From Chara braunii (Eukaryota > Plantae > Charophyceae): 62,606 nt of DNA. Made by a program: the position numbers and the translations under genes. Positions 49,883 to 62,606 of the stretch are shown here, piece after piece. Location: contig BFEA01000007.1 of assembly GCA_003427395.1 (NCBI GenBank), positions 5,739,498-5,802,103 on the forward strand, written 5' to 3'. The notes beneath the pieces were generated by a model, which was not told the DNA's origin, made no database searches, and saw only the letters and a list, made by a program, of their open reading frames with translations. Positions within the stretch are counted from its first letter, which is position 1. Every line of letters starts with the position of its first letter.

Positions 49883-52800
49883 TTATAGCGGCAGCCATAT
49901 CTCTTTGTCCAGCAGGCCACCGCTCTGCAGGGTTCCATTTAGTACTAACTTTGTTAAGATAGATCTAGCATCAGCTTCTGACCAAGGGTCACCGACTTTA
50001 ATCTTAAGTAGTTGCAAACCCATCAGCGACTCCTGGTTAAACCAACGGAGACCTTCCCCGTTAACCTGGTCATATCTAAGGTAAATATCATTGGCTGATA
50101 ATCTGTGTTCGCCATATGAGATCACCAAAGAGGAGGAGACACCCTATGGGAGCTAGTCCTAGATCATCTGGGTTATGTCCGATTTTAAGAGAGTTGGACC
50201 ACCTCCCCATGCTGTGAGAGAGAGGAGAAAGGCAAATCGACCTTTGACCGTGATTTCCCTGTGTGCTGCCCCCGGGGGTACTGAAAGACCCACCTCCCAA
50301 GCACCGTCTTTGCGTCTGACCGGTACCAGCACCAACCCTTTATCCAGTGACGTCACCTTTCCTTCTTTGTTCAGAATGTGCCGGATTTTTTGACACTAAC
50401 TTATGAGGTCCTGGTCTGGGGGTTTTGGACGGGGGGGCTTCTGTGTCTGTTCCAGTCCCTGTTGTACGACCGCTTCTGGCTTCAAGGCGGCCAGTGCCAG
50501 ACATAGACCTTCCTCTTCCTTCTCCGGCATGTGCAATGGTTCATTCTCCGCCTTTCCAGTGGGTTCCTCCTGTTCTATTATTCGGTGGTCTCCTTCCTCC
50601 CTCCCCCCCCTCACTGAGCCCCCCTCGCTGCCCTTCCTTCTTCCCTCCTTCCCCACTCTGTCCCTTCCTCCGTCGTCCTTCCCCTCTTAGTGCCCTGACC
50701 TTCCTCTTTCTTCTCTGGCATGATCACTGGCTCATTCTCCGCCTTTCCAGTGGGTTCCTCATGTTCTGTTCTCCGGCGGTCTCCTTTCTCCCTCCTCCCC
50801 TTTGCCGTTCTTCCTTCCTCCCTCCCTCCCCACTCTGTTCCTTCCTTCGCCGTTCTTCCCCTCTCTGTGCCCTCCTCCACCGTCTTCTTCCTTTTTTCCT
50901 GTTTTTCCACCTCTCCTCCTTTGTCGATCTTTTTTTTCTTTTCTTTTTTCGGATTCCTCTTCTGCCTTTTCCTCCTCCCCCCTTTCCCCGTTCTCCTCCT
51001 CCTCTCCTTGGTGAAGCTTTTGTGTTTCTGCGTTGCTTCTTTCCTTGTGAGCCACCATTTCGGACACGGGGGGATCTATGTCCCTTCCCCCAATTGGTGA
51101 GGTCTCAGTTTGTCCTTCAAGGTTTTCCTTCCCCTTTACCATGGCCCGGCTGTCGCCTTCCTTTTTCGAGGCGGTACCGGTCTCAGATGGTTAGAAACGG
51201 TCTATCACAATAGTGAGGAGTTTTTGGCAGATTTCTTGCCAGTCCACTCCTTGTGGCAGTCCATTTAACAAGGCTGTTTGGAGACTCTCACTATTTTCGA
51301 GAAGGGGGATAAGAGCCCTGTACGTATCATCCCAAAACTCTTCATTTTTGTCTCCATATTTGATTTGCAGATTTTTCATTAGCCAGTCCACCAATTGCAT
51401 CAATCTGTCTATCTGGTTGTTGGTTGTTGTGGCATCTTCGGCATTGTCCTGTGTAGTCTGTTCCTCCCTATTTTCAACTGCATCTTCCATCTCCACTTCC
51501 GGGGGAATAGGAGGGGGGGGAGCTCCCGGGATGACTTCCACCTCCATCGGAGCGATTCCGAATGCTTTCTCGAACACGTCCACCTTTTCTAGCACATCCA
51601 CCTTCTCGTTATTGTTCCTTTGCGGCGGGTTATCCTTTATCCTGAGTGTGCCCCCCTGTTGTAGTGCCTTCCTTTTAAGCTCTTGCCATTGCTTGGTAAT
51701 CCCTCCCTCTCTCAGACTGCAACGCCGACCTCCCGTTGGCAGGAAGTCCCCCGCCGCTGGTCCTACTGTTGCATGTTTTTGCCTCTTTTGGGTACCTCCT
51801 TGTTGCATCTGAGACTGTGCTGATTGTTTATTCTGTGAGGGGGTTATAACACCCCCTGGCCGGGGAGCCAGCTCCCCTGCTCTCGGGGGTCCTGTCGGGT
51901 GCACCATTCTTGATACTATATTTGTTGCTACTGCCAGCTCCCCTGCTCCTGGGGGTCATGTAGGGTGTACCATTCCTGATACTTTATCTGTTGCTTCCTG
52001 CAGGGGGGTCCAATCATTCGGTGGTTTGGTGGCCCTTCATTGGTCTCCCCTACCCTCCCACGTCCACCCTTTAGTCTGTCCCTTTTGATCTAGGTCTTCC
52101 AAATACACCCAGCCGTTGTGACCTGGATCGATCGTATACCATCTGTTCGGTCTGCGGTGGTCCCGACGTAGCCTACCTGCCATTGGGCGTCTGGTATTTG
52201 GATGCATCAGACATACCGATTATGTGCATAGGTGACTGTACGCTCTGCACTTGAAGCACCAAGGCCTAAATTTGTGCGCTGTGTGGATTTGGTAGATTTT
52301 CCCTCCCATCTTAAACGGGATGATATCATCCATAGAAAATGGATGGTCTCTGAGGAGATCCATGACTGACATTACGTAGTCGTCCCTCTTTGCTACGTAT
52401 GATGGAAGCGAGTCTATGAAGTCTACTATCGTGTACTGCTGTCCCAGACCATGGATGAAAGTGGCCTGCACCTCACTGGGATATGCCTTAGTTCAACCCA
52501 AAAATAGTCTTTCATCATTTGTTCCCTTTTTTCCTTGGGGGTAAGCTTTTTGGGTTGCCATGGATATATATGAACCTCCGATCTCTCCCATTGGAGTTTC
52601 TTCCAGCTGTCCATCCGTTGCTTATCCTGGGTGAACAGACTCAAGATTGTGAAGACGGTTGATGAGAGTGGCTATATAAGGAAAAATTCCTAGACAGCCT
52701 TCGGGCTGCCTTTCATTTCTTCTAATATTTTGCATATCCATCTTATTTTATCATTCACCGATTTTTGTGCCACTTCTCCGTGGAACAACCAGTTATTGGC

Positions 52801-53975
52801 GTGCTTTGTGTATACCCGGTCCCTTGTCTCCAGTTTTTCGGCCGGTTATATTCTTATTATGGTCTTCCTCCCCGCCTGATCAACCACTTGGTTTTCCGAG
52901 GGTAGGAGAAAGAGCGTGAGGAAGTGCGCCCATGCAGATGACAGGTTCCTTAGGGGCACTCTCAGGTCCTCTGTCATATCTTATTGTGAGCCCGCTGTGC
53001 CCATGAGGGGTTCGCAACATCCCTCATCAACTGTTCATCTCCTCGGTTTTCCGGATTTGTTTTTTGGTTTATTACTTTCTTTTTTTTCTCTTCCTCAGTT
53101 AACATTTCGTCTTCCTCCTCGCCTTTCTCCATCATTTCCACTTATATTCCTTGCTCCCTTCTCACTCACATCTCCTGATCCTATCGGTGATTGTCATCTT
53201 CCGCTTCTTTCCCTTTTTTCTTTTCCATTCCCCTCTTATGGTTATGCTGGGCAGGGTCATTTGTTACTATTCTTGTCGGGATTTCTTCATTGTTCAGAGT
53301 CCCTGGTGTGTCACCTGCCGGGGCAGGGCAAATCACCTGAGTCACTGATGTTTTCCGATTCTTGAGCAATTCATATGGTTTTATGGATAGATGGCGACTC
53401 AGGGTATGTCGCATGGCTCCCTGATAGAAAATGAGTGAATTCGTTCCTTTCGCTTTTCCATATTCCATTTCCATCAATCGTGTATGCGTTTCTCTTTTAT
53501 ACTTGCTTGGGGTTCCGGGACTATCCCGAGACAGAGGGAGAAAGACCCGATCAGGGTGAGATGGGCAGTGGAGGGGAGAGGGGGAACACGTGCCTGTTCT
53601 TCGTCGATCCTCCGTCGCTTAGTAGCACTTGCCTGTTTTCGGTCGTGCCGTCGTTTCTCCTTCGCCGCTCCTCTGCTTCGGTATTGTCGGGTGTCTATAT
53701 CTGTTCTCCCTTTTTTACCGCATCTTGACCTTTATCGTTCCTCCGTCGTCATACACCTGTGTGCTTCGTCGTTGCCGTCCAGTTCCACCCTCCGCCAAAA
53801 TTCCGTTCCTTATTTTCTTCGTTCTTCCTTCGCCGTTCGACCCTTTTCTCCTCCTCCCCCCCTTCCTTTCAATTACCCCCTGCCTCTCCACCCTTTGCTT
53901 TTTGTCTTTCGCGGCGTCTTGTCGTTCCTTAGCTCTCTAGTCTTGGCCTTCCTTAGGTAACATTCCGTTTCCATG
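49883..53975 (-). pseudogene. LINE ORF1, long and fragmented, with internal tandem repeats at about 50490-50880 and 51870-51990
   Basis: FWVELRHIP, PWCFKCRAYSHLCT knuckle, Lys/Glu-rich tracts. Confidence 0.65.
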
Positions 53976-54797
53976 TCTTTCTCTTCGGTTTGGTCTTGAC
54001 TTGTTCACCTTCGCCAGTTCAAGTACTCTCACGCACTTCGACTTCTTCAGAGGCTCACTCCACTTCGACTCCACTGACATCCACTACTTTCGATGCCTTT
54101 CCTTCCTAATGCCACGTGTCAAAAGTGCGGCAGCTATGGAATCCTGCGTGGAACCCCCTTGTCGAGGGTCAGACCCCGGTGCACGTCAGCCCTTGACGCT
54201 TCGAGGTCTAGCGCCAATGTCTCCCCGCGCGTGTGTTAAGCGCCGCTTAGACAACTATGAATCGAACAAAGAACAGTTCTAAACTATGTTGTCTGTCAGA
54301 TGTTAATGGTTGTACATCTAACTAATCAAAATGAAAATAGAATCGTTTGTTGGGTCTGTTTGCAGAATGAAATCTTGCCCAAACTTATCACCTGGAATCT
54401 ACCCCTCCCTCAGTTCTTCATGAATGTCGCTTGTCGTCAACGCCCCTGAGCAATCCAGAACAGCGTGAGTGTCTGAAGGTGTACACACGGCCCACCCCTG
54501 TGCCCCGAGTCCTGCTGAGCTGGCCAGCCCTGCACCGTGTTTATCCTCGCGTGCAGCGAGCCTTCTGACCGATTGGATGATCAAGAGGCGTTTTTAAGGA
54601 CGGCCCCCGAAGTCCTCAGGAATTATTCAACGTCACAAACAGGACGACGATCACAACCGATAAAAGGTTCCAGCCGGTACTTATTTATAGACGTCCGGTC
54701 TCGTCTATCCCATAGGGCTGGCCTGCCCTTCAGAACCCCTCTACAGCGCAGCGAGCAAACAAAGGACAAAGCAGCAAAGCATGCGTGCTCTACTCCC

Positions 54798-55107
54798 TGT
54801 AGCGGACCCACCAGGTGTGGTGCTCCGCTAGTGACAGAGATGGAGATGGAGGAAGAAGGGGGAGCAAGATGGCACAACGCAGCTCCCCACGCAAGACTCC
54901 AACGCACGTACTCCAAAATGTGCAAGTGAGGAATGAGACTGAAAACAGACAATGGCTGGGGTATACCCCAGCGGACTGACGGGACTGGACTGGAGTGGCT
55001 GGTAGCGACAGAGGTACCGGCCTGGACTGGCCTACCCCGAATATAACACAGGCCTGTGAGAACAGGCCAAGGGGTTGGTCTCACAGGCCAACCCGAGGTC
55101 CGCTACA
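54798..55107 (-). repeat. Element C 3' LTR
   Basis: 10-bp perfect terminal inverted repeat; homology to 60070-60171. Confidence 0.93.
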
Positions 55108-56220
55108 CGATCCTCGGCCTGTGATGGATCGCCTAGATACAAACATGCTTCCGCCAAGAAGCGGAACTCTACCAAAGAAAAGAAAACCTGAGTAGTCTAG
55201 GATGCGGAGCAAGCTCCATGCTGAGTCCATGNGATGCAACCTANGATATAAAATGTCACAAAACAGCAATGTCACAGCTAACAGCCTAAATGAAAGTAGG
55301 AGCAACTAACTAACATACATGTCCTAGGAAAGCAAAAAGTAGTGACAACTAGATCCTAGAATGTTGGAGGCACTAGCCTCAGTCTGGTAACAACTGACTA
55401 GTGTATAAGTCCTAAGAACAACAAAAGCAGAACAACTAAATCCTAGAAACGTCGGAGGCAGTAGCCTCAGTCTGAGAGCAACAAAGCAATCAACAAGACA
55501 ACCATATNTNACATGAGAAGTGTGTCGCACACCAAAGGGTGGGATGGTCTCTGAGGGTGGCGAATGCAGCCTAGGGGTCGAAAACTCCTAAGGGCATCCA
55601 CACATAGTGACAGGGNAAAACACATGTCATCAGGCTCAATGAGGGTAGGGATCTGGGAGCGAACAGAACCAATGACCCTAACAGATAGACCATCAGGGCG
55701 GGTAATGCTCGACTAAGGGGTGGCCGCTATGGAGGGTTGACCATGCAAGGGAACAAGGGAGCCTGGTATACTGGGCGCACCTAGATGAAGCATGCGGGGC
55801 TGCCTAACTAGGACGTGAGGGCCGGCGAAGGGTAGAAAGATGATGGGTAAGGGAATCATGCAAACGACTCCTAAAGTGAGGGAAGTCGGAGCTAGATCCG
55901 TAAGATGGGAAGCCAGGGCAACGCTACGGTCCCGATGCCTATGCGTATACCAAGGGAGAGCCCAACTTAGAGGAACCCGGCTAAAGGGAGACCATCATGC
56001 GACACATGCAGGGTACTGTACAGGGTAGAGTGGTAAGAGAGTGGCGACGTCTGAAGTAGGCAGAGCTGATCGTGATGAAGTCCATGAAGCTGCCGATGAT
56101 GTCCACGATGAGAAGTCCGGAATGCCGTCGAGGAAGAGCCGCAGCGTCGACAAGTTGAAGTAGCAAAACTGATGTGGATGGAGTATTGAGAAGTCAAAGA
56201 CGTGGGAAGGTAAGTCAGAG

Positions 56221-59200
56221 TCAATCGTCGTATCGAGCAGGACAACGACGAGTGCGCTGTGGACGCTCAGAAGCATCCGGCTGCTGCTGAAGGTCTGCCT
56301 CAGATGGAGCAGGCTCAACTTCAGCGGTCTCCTCAGCTAAAGGAGAAGGAGGAGGGTCAGTGGGCTGAGGAGGAGCAGTGAACCCAGCACGACGAGCACA
56401 GTCATAGGCACGCACCAACATACGAGCGTGCTCCAAGTGCTCGAGGGGCTCCCAGGTAGCCTCCTCATCAGGGTAACCCTTCCAACGTACGAGATACACG
56501 ATGTGGGGAGGGTTGTCGTCGGTGACTCAGCGACCAATAATGTCTGAAACGAGGAACTCCTCGTGGCCGTCCACCATGATGGGTGGAGGGCGCTCGTATG
56601 ATCGTCCAGCGAAACGCTCAGACGGTCTGCGGTAAGGACGCAGTAACGAGACGTGGTAGACATCATGCACACAGCCTGGCGTAGGTAGTCGGGCAACTGC
56701 ACACGAAAGCTGACCGGGCTAGATGCCGTATAAGAACCGACGGCCTGGAGGATGCGGCATGGGCCAAAGAAGCGACGCCGAAACTTGCGAAGCGTGTCCG
56801 CTTCGAGCTGTAAGTGGCCGGCGTCGATAAGCACATCATCACCAACCTTGAATGGTTGATCCATCCTCGATCGGTTCGCACGTGCTGCCATGCGAGTCAG
56901 GGAAGCGGTTATGTGCTCATGTGCGGTCTTCATAATCGACGTCATTTGTGCAACCCAATCATCTAGCGCGGGACAACTCGTGTCGGGGTGCATCTGGGAC
57001 GGTCGAAGGAAGTCCGCGGGAACACGCAGGTGATAGCCGAGGTCGCAACAGTAAGGCGACATCCCCGTGGCTGGCGAGACGGCGTGGTTGTAGGCTATCT
57101 CCGCGTGGGCAAGATGGAGATCCCACTGCTGGTCGTCACGAACAATCTTTCGGAGAATATCCCCGAGAGTCCTGTTCGTGATCTCGGTCTGACCATCAGT
57201 CTGAGGATGGTAAGACGAGGAGAAGCGGACCTGAGTGCCATACACCTCGTGGAGCCGTCGCCAGAATCGGCTGGTAAAGCGCGGGTCACGGTCATATATG
57301 ATGCTCAGAGGTAAGCCGTGGTCACGCACGACTCAGTCAAATACGATGTCGGCGACCTCACGTGCACTGATGGCATAGCGGCACGGAACAAAGCGTGCAC
57401 GCTTCGTGAAGCGGTCGACGACGACCAGGATAGCATCATGACCGCGGGGGGTCGGAGGTCGAAGAGGACCGATAAAGTCCATCGAGATGGACTGCCAACG
57501 ACCCTCAGCGATAGGAAGAGGCTGGAGCAAACCATAAGGTAGGTGGTTCGCACTGTTCACCTCCTGACAGGTGGGACACTCTGCGACGTAGTCCTTCACA
57601 AAGTCCTTGCGCTTCGGCCAGACGTACAGGCGGCTCACACGAGCCAACGTCTTGTGGAAGCCCATATGACCGGCAGCTGCCTGGTCATGGAACTCTGCTA
57701 CTGCTCGGACTCGTAGCTGTCTAGTGGAGGGAACACAAATACGGGGCTCTCTAGTGCCCTGTGAACCATGCCAGTACACAAGACCGTTGTCCCTGAGAGA
57801 GTAGTTCGGGACGGTCTTGCCACTCCGAAGGGTCGCGTGGATGTCCCGATAGTCGGGGCAGTGACGATACTGAGTGCGAAACTCGTCGATCACCGAGTGG
57901 TGAACGGTGTTGACCGAGATGGAAGAGAGCTGGATGTGCTCCTGGTCGTGGTCAGGGCGCCGGGATAGTGCATCTGCGACCCGATTAGTCTCATCCTTGA
58001 TGTGCTCAGTGGTGAAACTAAACTCGGATAGGTCGCGCCACCAGCGAGCTTGTCGAGGAGTGAGCTTCGGCTTTGTCAGAAAAGCCTGGACAACAGAGTT
58101 GTCCGTCCGCACCATGAATGGTGCCCCGTGCAGGTAGTGACGCCAGTGCCGAGCGGCATAAACTACTGCGAGAACCTCACGTTCATCAGCAGTGTAGTTT
58201 ATCTCGGCGGGCAGGAGCTGTTGGGAGTAGAAGGCTATCGGACAATCACCTGAGCGAGACTTGACACTGCCATCCTCGGCGATGGTAGGAGAATAGTCAA
58301 TAGAAGGCTCGTCAGTAGCTGGACGAGTAGGCGTCAATCGGGAAGTTGTGGTAGGGGTAGGTGGTGGGAAGCGAGGGATACGAGGATGAGAGGAATCAGG
58401 AGATGAGGGGGAGACCTGAGAAAGCACTGCTCCTACAGCGAAGTCTGACGTATCGGTGGTAAGGATAAAAGGGCGGTCAAAATCGGGTAGGTGAAGAACC
58501 GGTGCGCATGTCACCGCCTTCTTGAGGGCGCGAAGGCGTCCTCGTGGAGGGGTGTCCAAGCCCAGGGTGGTTTCTTCCGGAGGAGGGTGGAGGTAAGAAC
58601 GTACGAATACCTAGCGTATCCCCGGATGAAGTTACTATAGTAGCTGGTCAGGCCTAGGAAGCTGCGAAGCTGCTTGGCGGATGTGGGAGCAAGCCACTCC
58701 GCAATAGCAGTGATCTTCGCGTCGTCCATGTGGAGACCTTGGTCAGACACGTAGTGTCCTAAGAAATCCACTTTGTGCTGGGCAAAGTGGCACTTGCTTA
58801 GCTTGGCGTAGAAGCCATGTCTGCGCAAGCGGTCAAGGACGTCGTGGAGGTGTCTGAGGTGCTCCTTAAGGGTACGACTATAGACCAGGATATCGTCGAG
58901 GTAGACGATAACGTACTGTTCCAGGATGTCCCTGAAGATGTCGTTCATCGTCCTCTGGAAGGTAGCGGGTGCGTTGGTGAGGCCGAATGGCATCACCGTG
59001 AACTCGTAGTGGCCAAATCGCGATCGGAACGCGGTCTTCGGCTGGTCGGCTGCAGCGACGCGGATCTGATGGTAACCGCTACGAAGATCAATCTTCGTAA
59101 AGGAGCGGTTGCCTGCTAGGCGGTCGAACAGCTCATCGGAACGAGGTATGGGGTAGCTGTTCTTAACCGTGTAGCGGTTGAGGCCGCGGTAGTCGATGCA

Positions 59201-59834
59201 GAGACGAAGAGTTCCATCCGCTTTGCGAGCAAAGAGGACGGGTGCACCCCACGGGGAGTTGCTGGGTTTAATGAAACCCAGTCTCAGGAGCTCCTCAAGC
59301 TGACGCTTGAGTTCGGTGGCCTCGGGGATCGAGAGTCTATAGGGTGCCTGGTGGTGAACACGATAGTCAGGCACGAGCTGAATGGAGTGCTCGACGTAAC
59401 GCATCGGTGGGATGCCGGCATACGAGAAGGACGATGGGAAAACGTCGTGGTACTCTCGGATGAGGTCATGAACTGCAGGCTCGAAGTCAGCCGTATATCG
59501 TGCAAGTTCCTCAGCGTCAGCGTCAGCGTGCGACGGCGGGGTGGACTCGACCGACGGCGGAGGGATGGAAGTAGAGATGGAAGCCATGGAGATAGAGGGA
59601 GGATCTGGCTCCAGAGGGATGAGCTCGGCGTCGGGACAGGGTGGATCATAGTGTAAGAGATCCGTCACGTCCACCATAAAGAAGGTGACATCGTCTTGTC
59701 GAATGAAGTGAGTGAACTGCCGAGGCGAGGTGACAGTGATAGAGGGAGATGGTGTGGGCACTGAAGGGTCCGGGGGAGGAGGATCGGGGCGTGGTGTCGC
59801 CGTGGTACCTATGAAAGGTACGCGATACGTCTGT
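56221..59834 (-). pseudogene. pol: Element C pol (RT-RNase H-integrase-chromodomain) with few frameshifts/stops
   Basis: LRLCIDYRGLN, VYLDDILVYS, TDTSDFAVGAVLSQ, FHDQAAAGHMG..CPTC, SMDFIG, HPQTDGQTE, FFGPCRI, YLVRWKGYPDEEATWEP. Confidence 0.95.
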
Positions 59835-60706
59835 NNNNNNNNNNNNNNNNNNNNNNNNNNNNNNNNNNNNNNNNNNNNNNNNNNNNNNNNNNNNNNNNNN
59901 NNNNNNNNNNNNNNNNNNNNNNNNNNNNNNNNNNNNNNNNNNNNNNNNNNNNNNNNNNNNNNNNNNNNNNNNNNNNNNNNNNNNNNNNNNNNNNNNNNNN
60001 NNNNNNNNNNNNNNNNNNNNNNNNNNNNNNNNNNNNNNNNNNNNNNNNNNNNNNNNNNNNNNNNNNNNNCGACAGAGGTACCGGCCTGGACTGGCCTACC
60101 CCGAATATAACACAGGCCTGTGAGAATAGCCCAAGGGGCTGGTCTCACAGGCCAACCTGAGGTCCGCTACACTCCCGGTGGGTTGGCATGGTGACCGTGA
60201 CCCAGTGCTTCATCCAAGGCCCTTCAGATAGCACCGCCCTCTCCTTTCAGATGCTCCACGTAAAGGTTGACGACTCTCAAGGTTGAACGCACACGACTCC
60301 TCACATTAGAGGACTCTCTAGACATAACACACATCCTCACGGTAAGAGGTGTCGAAGAGAGTAGATAAGGTTAGGTGCAACGTACCTCAAAATAGCTGCC
60401 CCCAACCACATATATTCTCACCAGATGACCTGATGTTGATTGTAATGACCAATCGCTGCCTCGGCACAACCAGCATTGCACAGTCGTTCCACCTCAGCAT
60501 CAATCACACATTGAATAGTTCTCATCACACTGCGAACACCCAATATACACCACGTAGCCTTCCTCGCGATACCCCTCACCTCCTGGGTCGCCACACTTGT
60601 CTCCACCCTCCTCACTACACACCTCCCACGGTGGCTCGCCCAGCAGACCGCGTGCATGTACCGCAAAGGCAGAAGACAAGTGTCGGGTAAGCGCACCGTA
60701 CCACAA

Positions 60707-60717
60707 CTCTGATACCA
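60707..60717 (-). promoter_or_regulatory. Element D primer-binding site (tRNA-iMet)
   Basis: ctctgatacca, reverse complement TGGTATCAGAG, 3 nt from TGCAAGG. Confidence 0.8.
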
Positions 60718-60720
60718 AAT

Positions 60721-62606
60721 TGCAAGGAAAATGAGCGATAGCGAATTTCAGAAATCAAACAGCATCATACACATGAGACCAGATAGTCGTGTCCTCGAAC
60801 CAATAGCAGAATTGCATCACGACTTCCACCAAATAAGAACACAGCAAGAGCTCAAAATTGACAATGTTGGAATGTCTCATCATCATCAACGAAGAACCAA
60901 TGTCGATATCCTATCTGGCGCTCGGCGCCCAGACTACAGATAGCAGATCCTATCTAGCCTAATCTACAATGCCGCCGATGACGTCAACAGCTCCCCGAAG
61001 TACGAGCAGATCTCGGCCAATGCCGTACGCTTCAAGCACCAGGTATGTCTCTTGTATCACTCACAACCTCGTTCCCCAACTCACAGATGCCACATGCCCC
61101 CAAGGACCACCATGCGCCCCATCCAGCATACAGCAGCGCAGCTCAGCTATGGCTGCCTGCTCCTTCCAGCTCGCCCGTGAGTGTGTGAGCGCTGGCCAGC
61201 GTTAGCGCAGCATGCAGCCAGTGTCCGAATGCCGAATGCGTAGGCACTTTCCTAAATGGAAGTGGCCTGCCTGCTTGCGTGCAGCTTGGCTGTGCTGGGC
61301 CCCTGCCCAGAAGCTTCCGGTAGGCCCAGAGAGGCTGAGCCCCAGTCCAAACAATTCAGGCCCTGGGCTTGCGGTGGTTGCCCGTATCCAACTGCCCGCA
61401 GCCTGTGTCTGGTCGACGTTGTGAATCTGGCCCAGGGCCTGCCTCAGTTACATTGAAAAGATGCGGCCTGGGCCTGGCCGCTCTCAACCAACTGGCGCTG
61501 CGCAACTGCCTGAATTTCCCCAGTTTCGTGGTGACCCCCAAAATGGCCTGTAGGCCTCGGTCGAGCCTGCCTTCACTTGGGGCGGCCGACTGTGCTGAAA
61601 ATAGGGCCAAGTAGGGCGTATCGAGGCCTTGTGCCTTGCAGTTGTTTAGTAGTATGGGGAATACGGCAAGCTAGTGCCAAATGTCAAGAGACAGTACGAG
61701 AGGTTATGGGCTCACCCCAACAGCCAAAACCGTCAACAAATTACTTGAACTAAACCCACAACCAAATAAGAAATGGAAACTTTTATTTTCTGATCAGGCT
61801 CCCAAAAGAGCCTTCCCACAACCATCAGCATTTCACAGCAAGGGAGAGATATACTTGATTTATGCAACCAGAAGGGGGAAAAAATAAATAAAAGCGGAGC
61901 GGATTTCAGAAACGGCAAATGCAGTCTGCATTCGTTGCTCTAATCAAGATTGGAATACGCCATTCGACTAAGGACCTTACATCTGGCGCAGGCAGAAGTC
62001 AACATTAACGGACTGACACTTTTCTAACTGCGTATAGTAATTGCCAACAGACAGGACTGACTGACAGACCGAAATAGGCGGCTGAAACAGACACGGTTTA
62101 CAGTAGGCACTTGCCCTACTGGCAGGCAATCACATCAAGCCAGGATAGGTCAAAGCAATTCCATTATGAGATCAAAACAAACATAGAGATGGGTCAGAAA
62201 CAGCCAAAACGTTAACTGACAACCGATCTGATCTAGACTGCAAATGGACTAACGACTGACAGACGCTGGCAGACACAGACAGGGTCCGACGTCGGACCAG
62301 GAAATATACGGAACAGACTCACTTGAACGAAACCTGATTGAAGATATCCGGGCAGTCAACCATTGACCGCCAATCTGCAGCAGAATATCGTGGAAGCAGG
62401 GTGTTACATACTTCAATGAGTATGGGCAGAACCAAAGATCAACCAATATAGGATGAGCATTTATGCAGCGGAAGTCTGATAACGAACTGACTCACATAGA
62501 CTGACTCACATAGACTGACCTACATGGCATCACTCCACACACATACAATCATGAGATGGTGGGGTCTGGGTTATTCACAGACGATACCCAGATCCCGTAC
62601 ACACAT
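60721..62606 (-). mobile_element. Probable 5' LTR of another LTR retrotransposon (D); far end not defined
   Basis: TG start on the plus strand next to a PBS; noncoding; no partner LTR in the window. Confidence 0.55.

Larger units (their letters stand above)
47270..54260 (-). mobile_element. L1/Tx1-clade LINE, degenerate and 3'-truncated; boundaries approximate
   Basis: ORF1 with zinc knuckle, then APE endonuclease and RT; no poly-A tail or TSD seen. Confidence 0.85.
54798..60171 (-). mobile_element. Element C: Ty3/gypsy chromovirus with 310-bp LTRs
   Basis: LTR TGTAGCGGAC...GTCCGCTACA at 54798-55107; second LTR emerges from the gap and ends at 60171; TSD CTCCC at 54793-54797 and 60172-60176. 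Confidence 0.93.

Overview
This is repeat-dominated eukaryotic DNA with assembly gaps. The plant-type U6 and tRNA-iMet PBS sequences, chromoviruses and a GIY-YIG+RT element suggest a streptophyte alga such as Chara (inference). No intact host gene is recognisable. The window is a nest of retroelements. An old chromovirus (B, about 12075-42200, minus) carries a large Ty3/gypsy element (A, 12949-28528, minus) in its 3' LTR and a Penelope-like element with N-terminal GIY-YIG (36513-41880, plus) in its 5' LTR. Further right are a 3'-truncated L1/Tx1 LINE (about 47270-54260, minus) and a short-LTR chromovirus (C, 54798-60171, TSD CTCCC) inserted into the leader of another LTR element (D, PBS at 60707, LTR running to the window end). 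Element A is the most unusual. Its LTRs are asymmetric: the terminal 11 bp are missing from the 5' LTR and instead sit in a palindromic LTR-LTR-junction-like sequence where the PPT should be. Its integrase begins with a PHD finger, it may have a mini-intron between RNase H and integrase, and it carries several accessory ORFs including one inside the LTR. The window also holds three independently decayed U6 snRNA copies (one with a TSD) and reiterated degenerate copies of one 28S rRNA segment.
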